From an uncultured Acidobacteriota bacterium (GTDB taxonomy: Bacteria; Acidobacteriota; Vicinamibacteria; Vicinamibacterales; UBA2999): 64,000 nucleotides of DNA. This document shows, in pieces, positions 17,588 through 27,058 of the stretch (the stretch's first letter is position 1; the number at the start of each line of letters is the position of its first letter). The stretch is from assembly GCA_963807105.1 (NCBI GenBank), contig CAWEAM010000010.1, forward strand, positions 203,530 to 267,529, given 5' to 3'. The position numbers and the translations under genes were made by a program. Below the pieces are notes generated by a model that was not told the DNA's origin, ran no database searches, and worked only from the letters and a program-made list of their open reading frames with translations.

Positions 17588-18826
17588 ATGAGCGGCGGCA
17601 GGCGGCTGTCCATCTGCTACGCCGCGCCGGGCCTCAATCTGCTCACGACGGCTGGGCCGACGCGCAACGTCCTGAGCGTCGCGGAAGCATTGAGCCAATG
17701 GGCCGACGTCACTGTCGCGTTCCGCCACCTGCTCGAGCCTGCCCCGGCGAGCGCGTATCGCGTCATTGCGATCGATTCCGCGAACCCCGCTCCCGTTGAG
17801 CACAACGACGACACCGCGACGCGCGGTTCTCACCCGCTGCAGCACCTTGCCTATTGCCGGCGGCTCCAGTCCTTTGCGCGGCGGCATGCCCGCTCCTTCG
17901 ACGTCGTTCTGGAGAAAGGCTGGCGCTTGTCGGGCTTTCTCTCGGCCGCCTTCACCCGCGCGGGCGTTCCGGCCGTGCTGGTCGAAAACGCGGTCAGCTT
18001 GTGGATCGATCCGGTTGACGACGTGCAGAGCCTGGCCAAGTACTTGCTCTATCGATCGGCGCACGCCGTCACCAATTTCTACACCAGGCGCGTCCCTCTC
18101 GTGATCGCCGAGACGGAAGAGCTCAAGGCGATGATGGTCGCGCATCGCGGCATCGCGCCCGATCGGATTCAGGTGGTTCGCCTCGGCCTCGATCATCAAC
18201 GCTTCCGGCCGATCCCGCAGGCAGCGGCGCGCGCCGCACTGGGTGTCAATCAGGACGCGACGATCCTCGTCTACGTGGGCGGCATCGACGAGTATCACGA
18301 CCTCGCGCCGATGATCGATGCGATGGCGCTTTCGCCGGCGCCGGCAGTGCAGCTTCATATCGTCGGCGACGGTTCATACCGGGCGCACCTGCAGGCCAGA
18401 ATCGACCCGGCATGCGTGAAGGCTCGTTTCTATGGCTACGTGCCGCACGCGGCGGTGCCGCAGTACATCGCGGCGGCGGACCTTTGTCTTGCGCCGTATC
18501 GCACGAGCGCTTTTCATGGCGGGCTGGTGACGTTTGCCACGCTGAAGATTCCTGAATACATGGCATGCGCACGGCCCGTCGCCAGTGTGCCGAGCCCGGC
18601 GATCGCCCGGCTGATCAGCGATCGCGTCAACGGTTTTCTCTTCGCCAATGACGTGACGTCGTGGCGCTCGTTCCTCGAGCAGCTGCCATCCCGCGACAGG
18701 CTCGCCGCCATGGGTCAGGCGGCGCTCGAAACCGCGCGGCCGATCACGTGGGACGCTACCGCACGCAATTACCTGACGGCGTGCGAGGAGCTTCTTTCGC
18801 GAGCGCCGAGCTTGGCGCCTTTATGA
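17588..18826 (+). CDS. GT4-family glycosyltransferase
   Basis: ORF 17480..18826. ATG at 17588 (MSGGRRLSICYAAPG) is preferred. GT-B fold pattern with ..YVGGIDEYHDL..HIVGDG.. and a C-terminal nucleotide-sugar binding half. Confidence 0.8.
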   Translation: MSGGRRLSICYAAPGLNLLTTAGPTRNVLSVAEALSQWADVTVAFRHLLEPAPASAYRVIAIDSANPAPVEHNDDTATRGSHPLQHLAYCRRLQSFARRHARSFDVVLEKGWRLSGFLSAAFTRAGVPAVLVENAVSLWIDPVDDVQSLAKYLLYRSAHAVTNFYTRRVPLVIAETEELKAMMVAHRGIAPDRIQVVRLGLDHQRFRPIPQAAARAALGVNQDATILVYVGGIDEYHDLAPMIDAMALSPAPAVQLHIVGDGSYRAHLQARIDPACVKARFYGYVPHAAVPQYIAAADLCLAPYRTSAFHGGLVTFATLKIPEYMACARPVASVPSPAIARLISDRVNGFLFANDVTSWRSFLEQLPSRDRLAAMGQAALETARPITWDATARNYLTACEELLSRAPSLAPL

Positions 18827-18880
18827 CAGCAACCAGCACCTGGGCGCGCCCGCTTGCCAGAGGGTGACACCATTGAACGG

Positions 18881-19621
18881 CTATTGCCGCAAAACTTGAC
18901 CGACGTCGTCGCTAGACGCCTTGGTCCAGACCGCAATCACCGTCTTCCCAACACGGTAGCCGAGCAATGGGTCCAACACGCGGGACAGGCGGACCAGCGT
19001 TGAATCCCAGAATCGAATCTGAGACAAGGTGGGATAGTCCGCGCGCAGCAGGGTACGGTTCGCAAGCGATGCGAGCATACCCGCGCTATCGAGATAAAAG
19101 GTTCGAATCAAGCGGAGGCGGTCTGGAGCAGCCTGTATCAGGGAGTGTCGATCATAGCGGCGGAAGTGGCCAATTGCACGGTCGAAGGGACTGAACAGCC
19201 GATTGTGAGCCGGCGCGAGCACGATGAGGTGTCCACCCTGCCGAAGCCGCTGTACACAGCGCGCGAGCTCTGCGCGGTCATTCTCGATGTGCTCGAGAAC
19301 GTCGATGAACACGATCGTGTCGAACGTCTCGTCTGGCGCGAGGTCCGCGATGGTCCCGCAGATCACTCGTGCGGGCACTGGCAACGGCTCAGCGGACAGC
19401 AGCTCTCGGAGCGTGTCGGCGAGGCGGGGGTCCGGTTCCAAGCATGTCCAAGCGGCCTGATGTTCGTCACACAGGAATCGCGAGGTTCCGCCGATTCCAG
19501 CGCCCACCTCGAGGACATCGCCGGCAAGATATGGGCGGAGATGCCCCGCGTAGTAACGTTTCCAATTCACCGCATGCTGGAACAGGTCCAGCTCGCTTCC
19601 AGCATAGGAAAAATCGCTCAT
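18881..19621 (-). CDS. class I SAM-dependent methyltransferase
   Basis: VLEVGAGIGGTSRFL, FDTIVFIDVLEHIEND and GGHLIVLAP. The ATG overlaps the upstream stop (ATGA at 19618-19621). Confidence 0.85.
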   Translation of the reverse strand: MSDFSYAGSELDLFQHAVNWKRYYAGHLRPYLAGDVLEVGAGIGGTSRFLCDEHQAAWTCLEPDPRLADTLRELLSAEPLPVPARVICGTIADLAPDETFDTIVFIDVLEHIENDRAELARCVQRLRQGGHLIVLAPAHNRLFSPFDRAIGHFRRYDRHSLIQAAPDRLRLIRTFYLDSAGMLASLANRTLLRADYPTLSQIRFWDSTLVRLSRVLDPLLGYRVGKTVIAVWTKASSDDVGQVLRQ

Positions 19622-20679
19622 ACATTCGGCACTTCGCAGGCAGCAGACCTGCCAATGTTCTCCGCGGAGCCCTGCGGAAACAATCGCGAGGTGCCACCGA
19701 CGAAGTAGCGATAGTCCCGAATCGCAATGAAAAGCGGTTGCGAGCGGCCGTGGAGCACCAGGAAGACGAAAAAGAACGCAAAGGCGATTGCCTGGACAAG
19801 CAGCACCAGTAACAAGCCAGCGGCAGTCGTCGCCCAGCCGGGGATGGCCAGTGGCGTGGTCGTGCGCACGACGAACACCGTGGCGAGGAGAATCGTCACG
19901 GCGATGATCGCGATTGTCGTCGCCGCGAGAAGGCGAACGCCGATCACCTCTGAATGAACCGACAACGCGCTCAGCCCATGGCCAATGAGTGCCATCAGGT
20001 TCATCCGCCCATGTCCGCTCAGGCGTTCTGCCCGCACCGTCGGGATCGTATCGCGCGGAAGTCGGGTCTTGAATACCGCCGCTGCATAGTGGTTCCAGAG
20101 CTCGGGAATGACGACCAGCCGTCGCAAGTGCCCGGCCGGCACGATGCTGAAGTTCCCGACTCGTACCGGGATGCCCGTCAAGAGAAGATGCGCGAGCCGG
20201 TAAAGGCCATAGAACGCGCGGAACGACAGGCTCTCGGACCGCCGGGTCCGCTCGGCAAAAATGATTCGGCAGTTGTTTGCGGCCTGCAGGCGGGCGACGA
20301 GTCGCGGGACGTCCTCGGGAGCATCTTCGCCGTCTCCGTCCATGATGACCACCGCCCCAGGCCCGACGGAGTCCTCGACGTACGCAAGCGCGAGGGCGAT
20401 CGCCCGCTGGTGTCCCATGTTGAGCCGCAGCGTGAGGACCTCTATCCGCCGGATTGCCACGTAACCGCTGGCGCCAATGATGGCGTCCGGCTGGGTCGTC
20501 GACCCATCGTCGACGAGCAGCACATCGGGACGGAGCGATGCCTCGGCAAGCACCTGATCGAGGCGCATGAGCAAAAGGGACACTGCGTCCCAGTCGTTGT
20601 AGAGAGGAATGAGCACAAGCAGTTCGGGACCGCCAGTAGGGCGGTTGGCGCTCTGCCGAGTGTCATTCAGGGCGCTCAT
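19618..20679 (-). CDS. GT2 polyprenyl-phosphate glycosyltransferase (GtrB/ArnC/DPM1-like) with two C-terminal TM helices
   Basis: LVLIPLYNDWDAV, VLLVDDGST and MDGDGEDAPEDV (DxD), followed by two hydrophobic helices at the C-terminus. The ATG overlaps the stop of the GT-C gene upstream. Confidence 0.8.
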   Translation of the reverse strand: MSALNDTRQSANRPTGGPELLVLIPLYNDWDAVSLLLMRLDQVLAEASLRPDVLLVDDGSTTQPDAIIGASGYVAIRRIEVLTLRLNMGHQRAIALALAYVEDSVGPGAVVIMDGDGEDAPEDVPRLVARLQAANNCRIIFAERTRRSESLSFRAFYGLYRLAHLLLTGIPVRVGNFSIVPAGHLRRLVVIPELWNHYAAAVFKTRLPRDTIPTVRAERLSGHGRMNLMALIGHGLSALSVHSEVIGVRLLAATTIAIIAVTILLATVFVVRTTTPLAIPGWATTAAGLLLVLLVQAIAFAFFFVFLVLHGRSQPLFIAIRDYRYFVGGTSRLFPQGSAENIGRSAACEVPNV

Positions 20680-22331
20680 TTTGGAGGCGGCCGGTCCGCA
20701 GGTGTCAGCCGCGATGCGGCCTGGCGGTCGACTTTAACGACGACGGCGAGTGTCACACCGTCGCGGGCGACGCGATGAATGACCTCACCGGGATAGAAAC
20801 GATCGTGGTCCCAGCGTGTGAGCCCGATGTAGAAGTCTGGCGGGTTCGCGTACGGGTTCGTCCGAAACGGCAAATCGTCCACGCTGCCGATGTAGTCGAA
20901 TCGATCTGACGGCACGTAATGTTGCGTTTGCGGCGCTGTGGCGCTACCGGCGACTCGGGGACGCGGTGTCGCGGGCGGCACGTTGTCGACGAGCCATAGG
21001 GTTGCTTCGCGGAGCGCGTTGCCCCAGTAGTCGGTATCCCAACGGCCCGCGGCTCCGACAAGTCCACCAGCGACCGATCGATTGAAGAAAGTGCTCTGGT
21101 AAGGGTGAATCCGGATCATGTCGGCGAGCGTAAGCGCCGCGCTCGCGGCAAACAGAACAAGTCCGGCCGTCCGGACCAACCACAGGCCGGTGCCGCGGAC
21201 GCACCACGCCACACCTGCGCCAACTGGGATTGCGAGGAACACCGTGGCGAAAAGGAAATGCCGCAATCCATCGTAGAGCGCCGGCCGCGTCAGAGTTGCC
21301 AAACCTAGAGGGATAGCCACCGCGGCGATGACCGTAATCCACCCGATGATCGCGTTCGGTGACCAGGGCCGGCTTCGGAGCGACGCGACAATGGCCATCG
21401 CGATCCCGACGAAATAGAACTCCGGCGTAATCCGGAACAGCCACGCCCAGACATATGTCGCCGGGACATCGAGGTAATTGATCACTTCACCGTTGTACAA
21501 GACTGGAAGCGAGCCGAACCCGGCGGCTCGCCATTGTTCGCGAACCACTCTGGCGAGCCCCAGCACCGCCCTCACCTGCAAATAGGGCCAGAATGGCAGC
21601 ATCACGATTGCGGCAATGACGGCGACCGTGCACGCCGATGGCACAAGTCGCTTGACCGTTGACCAGACGGATCCGCGACGTTCGCCAGTCCACCACCAGG
21701 CGGCGAAGGCCGTAGCAATGACCGTCAGGATGAGGAGTGCGTTGATGCGGACCGCGAGCGCCAGCCCCCACCACACGCCGAGACTCAAGATGTCGACTCG
21801 CCTCGGGTGCGGAAGCGACTGGACAAACCTCACGGCTGCTGCCACGGTCCACACCGTGCAGGCCGCCAGGGGTATGTCCTTGCCGTTATTGAAGCCATGA
21901 CCGAAAAATCTCGGCGTCAGAATCAGCGCGAGTGCGGCCCAGAAACCCGCCGCCGGACCGTTGAGTCCGCGAGCCAAGGAAGCGATCCCTGCGACTGTCA
22001 GCACTGCGAAGCCGAACGCGTAAACGTGCCTGACCAGCCAAAGGTCGGCGCCCGTGGCGCGCTCGATTGCGACCGGCGGCAAGTCGAACAGCACGCCGTA
22101 ATAACGCAGGTTGCTGAACTGCATGAAAGATCGATCGGTAAAAGCGCTTGTGTACCAGGCCAGCACATTTTCACCGTTCTTCGAGTGCACGGATTCGTCA
22201 AAGGTGATTCCATAGTGATTCACCAGCATGACGCCGCTACACACGTAGACGAGAAGGAGACCCGTGGTCAGGCGCGTCCATTGGCTTTCGGTCAGTCGCA
22301 TCGAGTGCTTCGATCCTTCGCCCATCACCAC
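20676..22331 (-). CDS. GT-C fold glycosyltransferase, GT39/ArnT-like
   Basis: 551 aa, polytopic. ITFDESVHSKNG lies after TM1 (D-E pair), and there is a soluble C-terminal domain. The start is uncertain (GTG 22331, ATG 22325 or ATG 22301). Confidence 0.75.
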   Translation of the reverse strand: MVMGEGSKHSMRLTESQWTRLTTGLLLVYVCSGVMLVNHYGITFDESVHSKNGENVLAWYTSAFTDRSFMQFSNLRYYGVLFDLPPVAIERATGADLWLVRHVYAFGFAVLTVAGIASLARGLNGPAAGFWAALALILTPRFFGHGFNNGKDIPLAACTVWTVAAAVRFVQSLPHPRRVDILSLGVWWGLALAVRINALLILTVIATAFAAWWWTGERRGSVWSTVKRLVPSACTVAVIAAIVMLPFWPYLQVRAVLGLARVVREQWRAAGFGSLPVLYNGEVINYLDVPATYVWAWLFRITPEFYFVGIAMAIVASLRSRPWSPNAIIGWITVIAAVAIPLGLATLTRPALYDGLRHFLFATVFLAIPVGAGVAWCVRGTGLWLVRTAGLVLFAASAALTLADMIRIHPYQSTFFNRSVAGGLVGAAGRWDTDYWGNALREATLWLVDNVPPATPRPRVAGSATAPQTQHYVPSDRFDYIGSVDDLPFRTNPYANPPDFYIGLTRWDHDRFYPGEVIHRVARDGVTLAVVVKVDRQAASRLTPADRPPPK

Positions 22332-22631
22332 ATGGTGCGTCGTGTCACATCCATCCTCAGCCTGGACAAACGAACTCGGCGCCCGCAGTGATCATCAGAT
22401 AGAACTTGAAGGCCGCAAGGCGGGATTTCCGGTACTCGTTCCGGGAAAAAGGTATACCAGCCAGACGCGGCATCGGAATGCGCGATTACCGTGCTTCGTC
22501 AGGGAGATTGCCCGCATTGAGGTGTGATGATACCGCCGAAAAGAATCGAGTCGCTGCCGGCGACGTGGAGTCTCGTGCTCGCCATCGCGCACGGCGCGCT
22601 GGCCTCGCTGTACGGCACGACTCAGTCGGAT

Positions 22632-22648
22632 CGATTTCGACGAAATCG
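22632..22648. promoter_or_regulatory. perfect 8+1+8 palindrome in a divergent intergenic region
   Basis: cgatttcg a cgaaatcg, inside the 529-nt gap between the divergent genes ending at 22331 and starting at 22861. Confidence 0.3.
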
Positions 22649-22860
22649 CAACCGTGGCAGTCGCCCCGCTCTGGGAGCGCTGAGCGATGCGGGGACGCCG
22701 ATCCTCCGCCTTTCTCCCGGCTCGAGGCTCGTGGCCGCATTGCACGCTCGCGCGGTCGATTGGGCATTCGCCGCGTCGCGGTTCGAGGGCTCGGGCCAAC
22801 CTATGACCTTCCTGTTGAGTTCCGCAGCTACCACAGGCGTTATAAGATAAGCACAACCAT

Positions 22861-23955
22861 ATGCCTCGACGATTCGCTGCGTTCCTTGCGTTCGCGGCAG
22901 CGGCGGGACTCGCGTGCGCGGTCGCCGTCGAACTGACCCTTCGGACCTTTCCCGGCCTCATGTCCGTGCAGTGGCAGTTGCGGCACCCAACACCTCAGCC
23001 CGGCCCACCCTTCGTCGTGATTGCGGACAAAGAGCTGGGTTACGTCAATCCGGTTACTCCGGCGGGCGATCGCTACGGCTTCCCGAACCGTGAGCCGTGG
23101 CCCGAAGACCCGTCGATTGTGTTCCTCGGTGATTCGTTCCTGGGCGGTGCGTTCCCGCAGTTGATCGCCCGTGCTTTGCCTGGGGATCCGGTGCTCAACC
23201 TTGGGATGGCATCGGCGGGTCTGGAACGGCAATTTCTGATCTACCGGCGATTTGGCAGCCAGCTTCATCCGCGGCTCGTCGTGGCCGCGCTGGTTCTCTC
23301 TTTTGACTTCGAGAACGACGCGGCATTTCGCGAATGGCTGCCCAAGCGCGACCAGATCGAATGGGTGAGATTCCGCAATACTTTCGCAGCCGAGCAGCGT
23401 GGCGAACAGCCCTACATCGACGTTCGGACCGCACTTCGGACGCGGCAGTTTCGCCGCCTGCTCGATAAGTCTCGCCTGTACACTCGCGCTCACGATCTCG
23501 TCGGCAGCCTCGGCAGTCCCTATCCCGACACTTATTCCTTCCCCGACGGCACGAAGATGTTGCTCGACGAGTTCACGGTGCGATTCGCGGCTGCGATCGC
23601 GACGAAGAGCGATCCGCGCATCGACTTGCTCGTCGCCTCGATGGAGCGGCTCCGCGACCTCGTGGCCAAGCAGGGCGCCGAGTTGCTGGTGATGCTTATT
23701 CCGAGCAAGGAGGAGCTCTTCGGCGTCCCTCCTGTAGCTGCCGAAAGCAACGTCATCGCCCGAACACGAGAGCGGCTACAGGAGGCGAACTATGCGGTTC
23801 TCGACCTCTACCGGACGCTTCGCGAGGGCGGGAGCATGCACCCACCCCATTCCCATTTTCCGGGCGACATCCATCTCAACGAGCTTGGCAACCGTCTCGT
23901 AGCGGACGCGTTTCTCGACTGGTTCAAGACGCATTACGCGTCGAAGAAGCAATAA
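22861..23955 (+). CDS. membrane-anchored SGNH-like protein (paralog 4)
   Basis: N-terminal TM helix, IVFLGDSFLGGAF and FPGDIHLNELGNRLVADAF. It aligns along its length with 7844..8959. Confidence 0.75.
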   Translation: MPRRFAAFLAFAAAAGLACAVAVELTLRTFPGLMSVQWQLRHPTPQPGPPFVVIADKELGYVNPVTPAGDRYGFPNREPWPEDPSIVFLGDSFLGGAFPQLIARALPGDPVLNLGMASAGLERQFLIYRRFGSQLHPRLVVAALVLSFDFENDAAFREWLPKRDQIEWVRFRNTFAAEQRGEQPYIDVRTALRTRQFRRLLDKSRLYTRAHDLVGSLGSPYPDTYSFPDGTKMLLDEFTVRFAAAIATKSDPRIDLLVASMERLRDLVAKQGAELLVMLIPSKEELFGVPPVAAESNVIARTRERLQEANYAVLDLYRTLREGGSMHPPHSHFPGDIHLNELGNRLVADAFLDWFKTHYASKKQ

Positions 23956-23995
23956 TGAGCGCGTGGTAACGCGTGAGCCGCCCTGCCGGAACTCG

Positions 23996-25525
23996 ATGAC
24001 CGCTGCGACTCCGGTGCTCGTGATCGGCCTCGACATGGGCGATGGCCACCTGATCCGTTATTGGAGCCGCCGTAGCCGATTGCCGCACTTTGCCGCTGTC
24101 GCGGCAGCGGGTGCTTCGCTGGAGCTGGAGAGCACGGCGCAGGCTCTGCACACATCCACCTGGCCGACCTTCGCAACGGGCGTCCTGCCCGGGCGCCACG
24201 GCGTCTACTATCCCTATCAGCCGACGCCGGGACAGCAGTTCGCAAGGCAGATTGAAGCCGATCAGTACGGCGTCGAGACGTTCTGGCAGCGCGCCGGCAC
24301 CACAACACGGGCGATCGTGTACGACATCCCGGAAACATTTCCGGAACACGGCTTCGGCGGGCGTGCGATCTACGACTGGGGTACGTGGGCGCAGTACGGC
24401 AGGACGAGCGCACAGCCGCCGAGTCTTCTGAAAGAGCTCAAGTCTCGCTTCGGGCCGTATCCCCTTGGCTACGAGGCAATGCGGCTCGGCTTCGATCGTC
24501 CGCACGGAATCACGGATCGCCTCCTGCGGAGCGTGCGCTATAAGGCGGCCACCGCACAGTGGCTGCTCGAGCGCGCCGATTGGGATCTCGCCGTCGTCGG
24601 TTTCGGCGAAACGCATGCGGCGGGGCATTACCTCTGGCCATCCGGAGCCGACAGAGTCGAGTCGACCGATGAGGGCGCGTTCGACGCGCTGTTGTCGGTG
24701 TATACGGCCGTGGACGAAGCGCTTGGAATGCTGATGAGCGTCCTGCCGCCGGAAATCAACGTCCTGGTCGTCAGCGGCGACGGCGTTCGCGACAATCGCT
24801 GTGGCTGGCACCTGCTGCCCGGTGTGCTCGATCGTCTCGGGTACACGTCGAGAGGCGCTGCGCCAGCAGATGGGCCGCCGCCGTCACCGTCGATCGTCGG
24901 ACGCGTGGCGCAACTCGTGCCGACCGCCGTCAAGAAGCGCATCTCCGACAGCCTTCCGCTGAAAGTGCGAAACCGGTTGTCGCTGCTTTCACAGGCTGCC
25001 GGACTGGACTGGTCGCGAACCCGCGCGTTCGCGTTGCCGACTGACCTGGAAGGATGCATCCGCATCAATCTCGAGGGGCGCGAGCCGCAAGGCATTGTCG
25101 AACCCGGCGCGCAGTACGAAGATCTGTGTCACGAGATCCGCGCGCGTCTCGAGGAGCTGGTCAACCCGCGCACCGGCGCGGCAGCAGTGCGGCGCGTCTG
25201 GATCCGCAGCGAGATCTTCCCCGGACCCAAGCAGGAGGAGCTGCCGGATCTCATGGTGGCGTGGAGCGACGACGCGCCTATTGCCGCGCTTGCCTCGCCG
25301 CGGATCGGCACGCTCGAGGGCGTCAATCCCGACATCCGGTCGGGCACCCACTCCACGGAAGGATTTCTGATCGCGAAGGGACCGGCGATCCCGCGGCGCT
25401 ACGAGGGACGCGCCCGCCTCGTGGATGTTGCCGCAACTGTCCTGGAGATGGCTGGCGTTGAGCACGTGGCCGGCCTCGACGGCGAGCCGCTGCCGATGCT
25501 GCGCGCCGGCGAATCGGTTAACTGA
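23996..25525 (+). CDS. alkaline-phosphatase-superfamily protein, nucleotide pyrophosphatase/phosphodiesterase type (paralog 1)
   Basis: ORF 23963..25525. ATG at 23996 is preferred. It has VLVIGLDMGD, HTSTWPTFATGVLPGRHGVY (nucleophile T/S plus TG..P..HG) and GETHAAGHYLW. No signal peptide. Confidence 0.75.
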   Translation: MTAATPVLVIGLDMGDGHLIRYWSRRSRLPHFAAVAAAGASLELESTAQALHTSTWPTFATGVLPGRHGVYYPYQPTPGQQFARQIEADQYGVETFWQRAGTTTRAIVYDIPETFPEHGFGGRAIYDWGTWAQYGRTSAQPPSLLKELKSRFGPYPLGYEAMRLGFDRPHGITDRLLRSVRYKAATAQWLLERADWDLAVVGFGETHAAGHYLWPSGADRVESTDEGAFDALLSVYTAVDEALGMLMSVLPPEINVLVVSGDGVRDNRCGWHLLPGVLDRLGYTSRGAAPADGPPPSPSIVGRVAQLVPTAVKKRISDSLPLKVRNRLSLLSQAAGLDWSRTRAFALPTDLEGCIRINLEGREPQGIVEPGAQYEDLCHEIRARLEELVNPRTGAAAVRRVWIRSEIFPGPKQEELPDLMVAWSDDAPIAALASPRIGTLEGVNPDIRSGTHSTEGFLIAKGPAIPRRYEGRARLVDVAATVLEMAGVEHVAGLDGEPLPMLRAGESVN

Positions 25526-25565
25526 TCGGACGCAGCGTAGGCCGCGCGCGTTGGAGGAGCGGTTG

Positions 25566-25958
25566 ATGCGAGTTCTTTACCTGTTGGCGATCTACGTGCA
25601 CATCTGCACCATCGCGGTCTGGATTGGCGCCATGTTCTTTGCCGATCCGAACAGCAAGCGGCTGCCGTCGCGTATGGTCGAGAAGATGCACGGCGTCGGC
25701 TGGTATGCGCAGGCGGTGGTCTGGACCACGGGACTGTTCATGCTGAACTATCGCGGCGTCACGGTGAGCGAGCTGTTTTCGTCGTCGTTCGTGGCCACGT
25801 CATGGGGCCGGGCGCTCTGGGCGAAGCTGGCACTGGTGATCCTGATGGCGGTGTTTCAGGTGATCGCCGGCCACAAGGGCCTCCTGTTCGGGTATCTTTC
25901 GGCCATCTTCATCATCGTCGCGATCTCGGTCCTGTTGGTGCGGCCGATCATTCTGTAG
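25566..25958 (+). CDS. small 4-TM membrane protein (CopD-like helix with conserved His)
   Basis: ATG at 25566 is preceded by GGAGGAG. MRVLYLLAIYVHICTIAVWIGAMFF.., 130 aa. The longer ORF 25425..25958 overlaps the preceding gene. Confidence 0.6.
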   Translation: MRVLYLLAIYVHICTIAVWIGAMFFADPNSKRLPSRMVEKMHGVGWYAQAVVWTTGLFMLNYRGVTVSELFSSSFVATSWGRALWAKLALVILMAVFQVIAGHKGLLFGYLSAIFIIVAISVLLVRPIIL

Positions 25959-25975
25959 CCATCAGGAGTTGAAGG

Positions 25976-27034
25976 GTGCCGATCAAGGTCATTCATCTCG
26001 GGGTCGGTGTGCGAGGGCGCCACTGGCTCGAGATCGTCGCCGCGCATCCCGACTTCGTGTCGGTCGCCTGCGTCGATACCGACGAGAAATCGCTGCAGGC
26101 CGCGCGATCGTCGCCCGGACAGCAGCACGGCCACTTCCTCCGTTCGCTCGAGGAGGCAGCGGGCCGTGTCGAGGCGGATGCGGCGCTGATTGCGAGCCCC
26201 ACGTTCCTGCACGCACAGCACGGCCGGCAGGCGCTCGATGCCGGACTTGCCGTGCTGCTGGAGAAGCCGCTGGCCACCACTCTCAGCGATGCGGTGGCCG
26301 TCGTCGAGCGCGCGCGTGCGGCCTCGCGTCCATGCGTGGTGGCGGAGAACTACCGCTTCTTTCCGGCCGAGCGCACCGTCCGGCGGATGCTCGACGATGG
26401 GATGGCGGGGCACATCTCACAGGTCGTCTGCGTCGATCGGCGCGACCAGCCGAGCCACACGCAGGGCCCGTGGGTCAAGGGCATCGACTATCCGTTTCTC
26501 AGCGAGATCGCGGTCCATCACTTCGACAGTTTCCGCTATCTGTTCTCGCGCCGGCCGGTGGCGATGACCGCGCGCTCGTACAACCCGTCCGGCAGCACCT
26601 ACGATCGCGAAGGCGCCGCGGAGGCGCTGATCGAGATGGAAGGCGGATTCCCGATCGTCTACGCCGGCACCTATCAGGGCAATCGCTTCGAATTCAGCTT
26701 GTGGGTGCAAGGCGATAAGGGTGACATCTGGACGGATCGCAAGCGCGTCTGGTGGCGCGCGCGCGGCAAGCGCTTCTTCTGGCCGTCGAAGCTGACTCCC
26801 GTGCCCAAGGGTGATGAGCTCCCTTACCCGAAGGGCGGCACCGTGTCGCTGCTGAATCAGTTTCGCGACGCCGTCCTCAAGGGCGAGACCGCGGAAACAT
26901 CGGCGCAGGACAACCTGTGGACGATTGCCATGGTTGAAGCGAGCATCAAGTCGCACCACGAAGGACGGAAGGTCCGCATCGACGAAATCCTCACGCCCGA
27001 GCAGAGCCGCCGCGCCGGCCTGCCGGCGAGCTGA
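25976..27034 (+). CDS. Gfo/Idh/MocA-family NAD(P)-dependent oxidoreductase
   Basis: IKVIHLGVGVRGRHW, ASPTFLHAQHGRQALDAGLAVLLEKPLA (EKP motif). GTG start after AGGAG. Confidence 0.85.
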   Translation: MPIKVIHLGVGVRGRHWLEIVAAHPDFVSVACVDTDEKSLQAARSSPGQQHGHFLRSLEEAAGRVEADAALIASPTFLHAQHGRQALDAGLAVLLEKPLATTLSDAVAVVERARAASRPCVVAENYRFFPAERTVRRMLDDGMAGHISQVVCVDRRDQPSHTQGPWVKGIDYPFLSEIAVHHFDSFRYLFSRRPVAMTARSYNPSGSTYDREGAAEALIEMEGGFPIVYAGTYQGNRFEFSLWVQGDKGDIWTDRKRVWWRARGKRFFWPSKLTPVPKGDELPYPKGGTVSLLNQFRDAVLKGETAETSAQDNLWTIAMVEASIKSHHEGRKVRIDEILTPEQSRRAGLPAS

Positions 27035-27058
27035 CCCGCCGAACGGGCGCGGGGAGAG

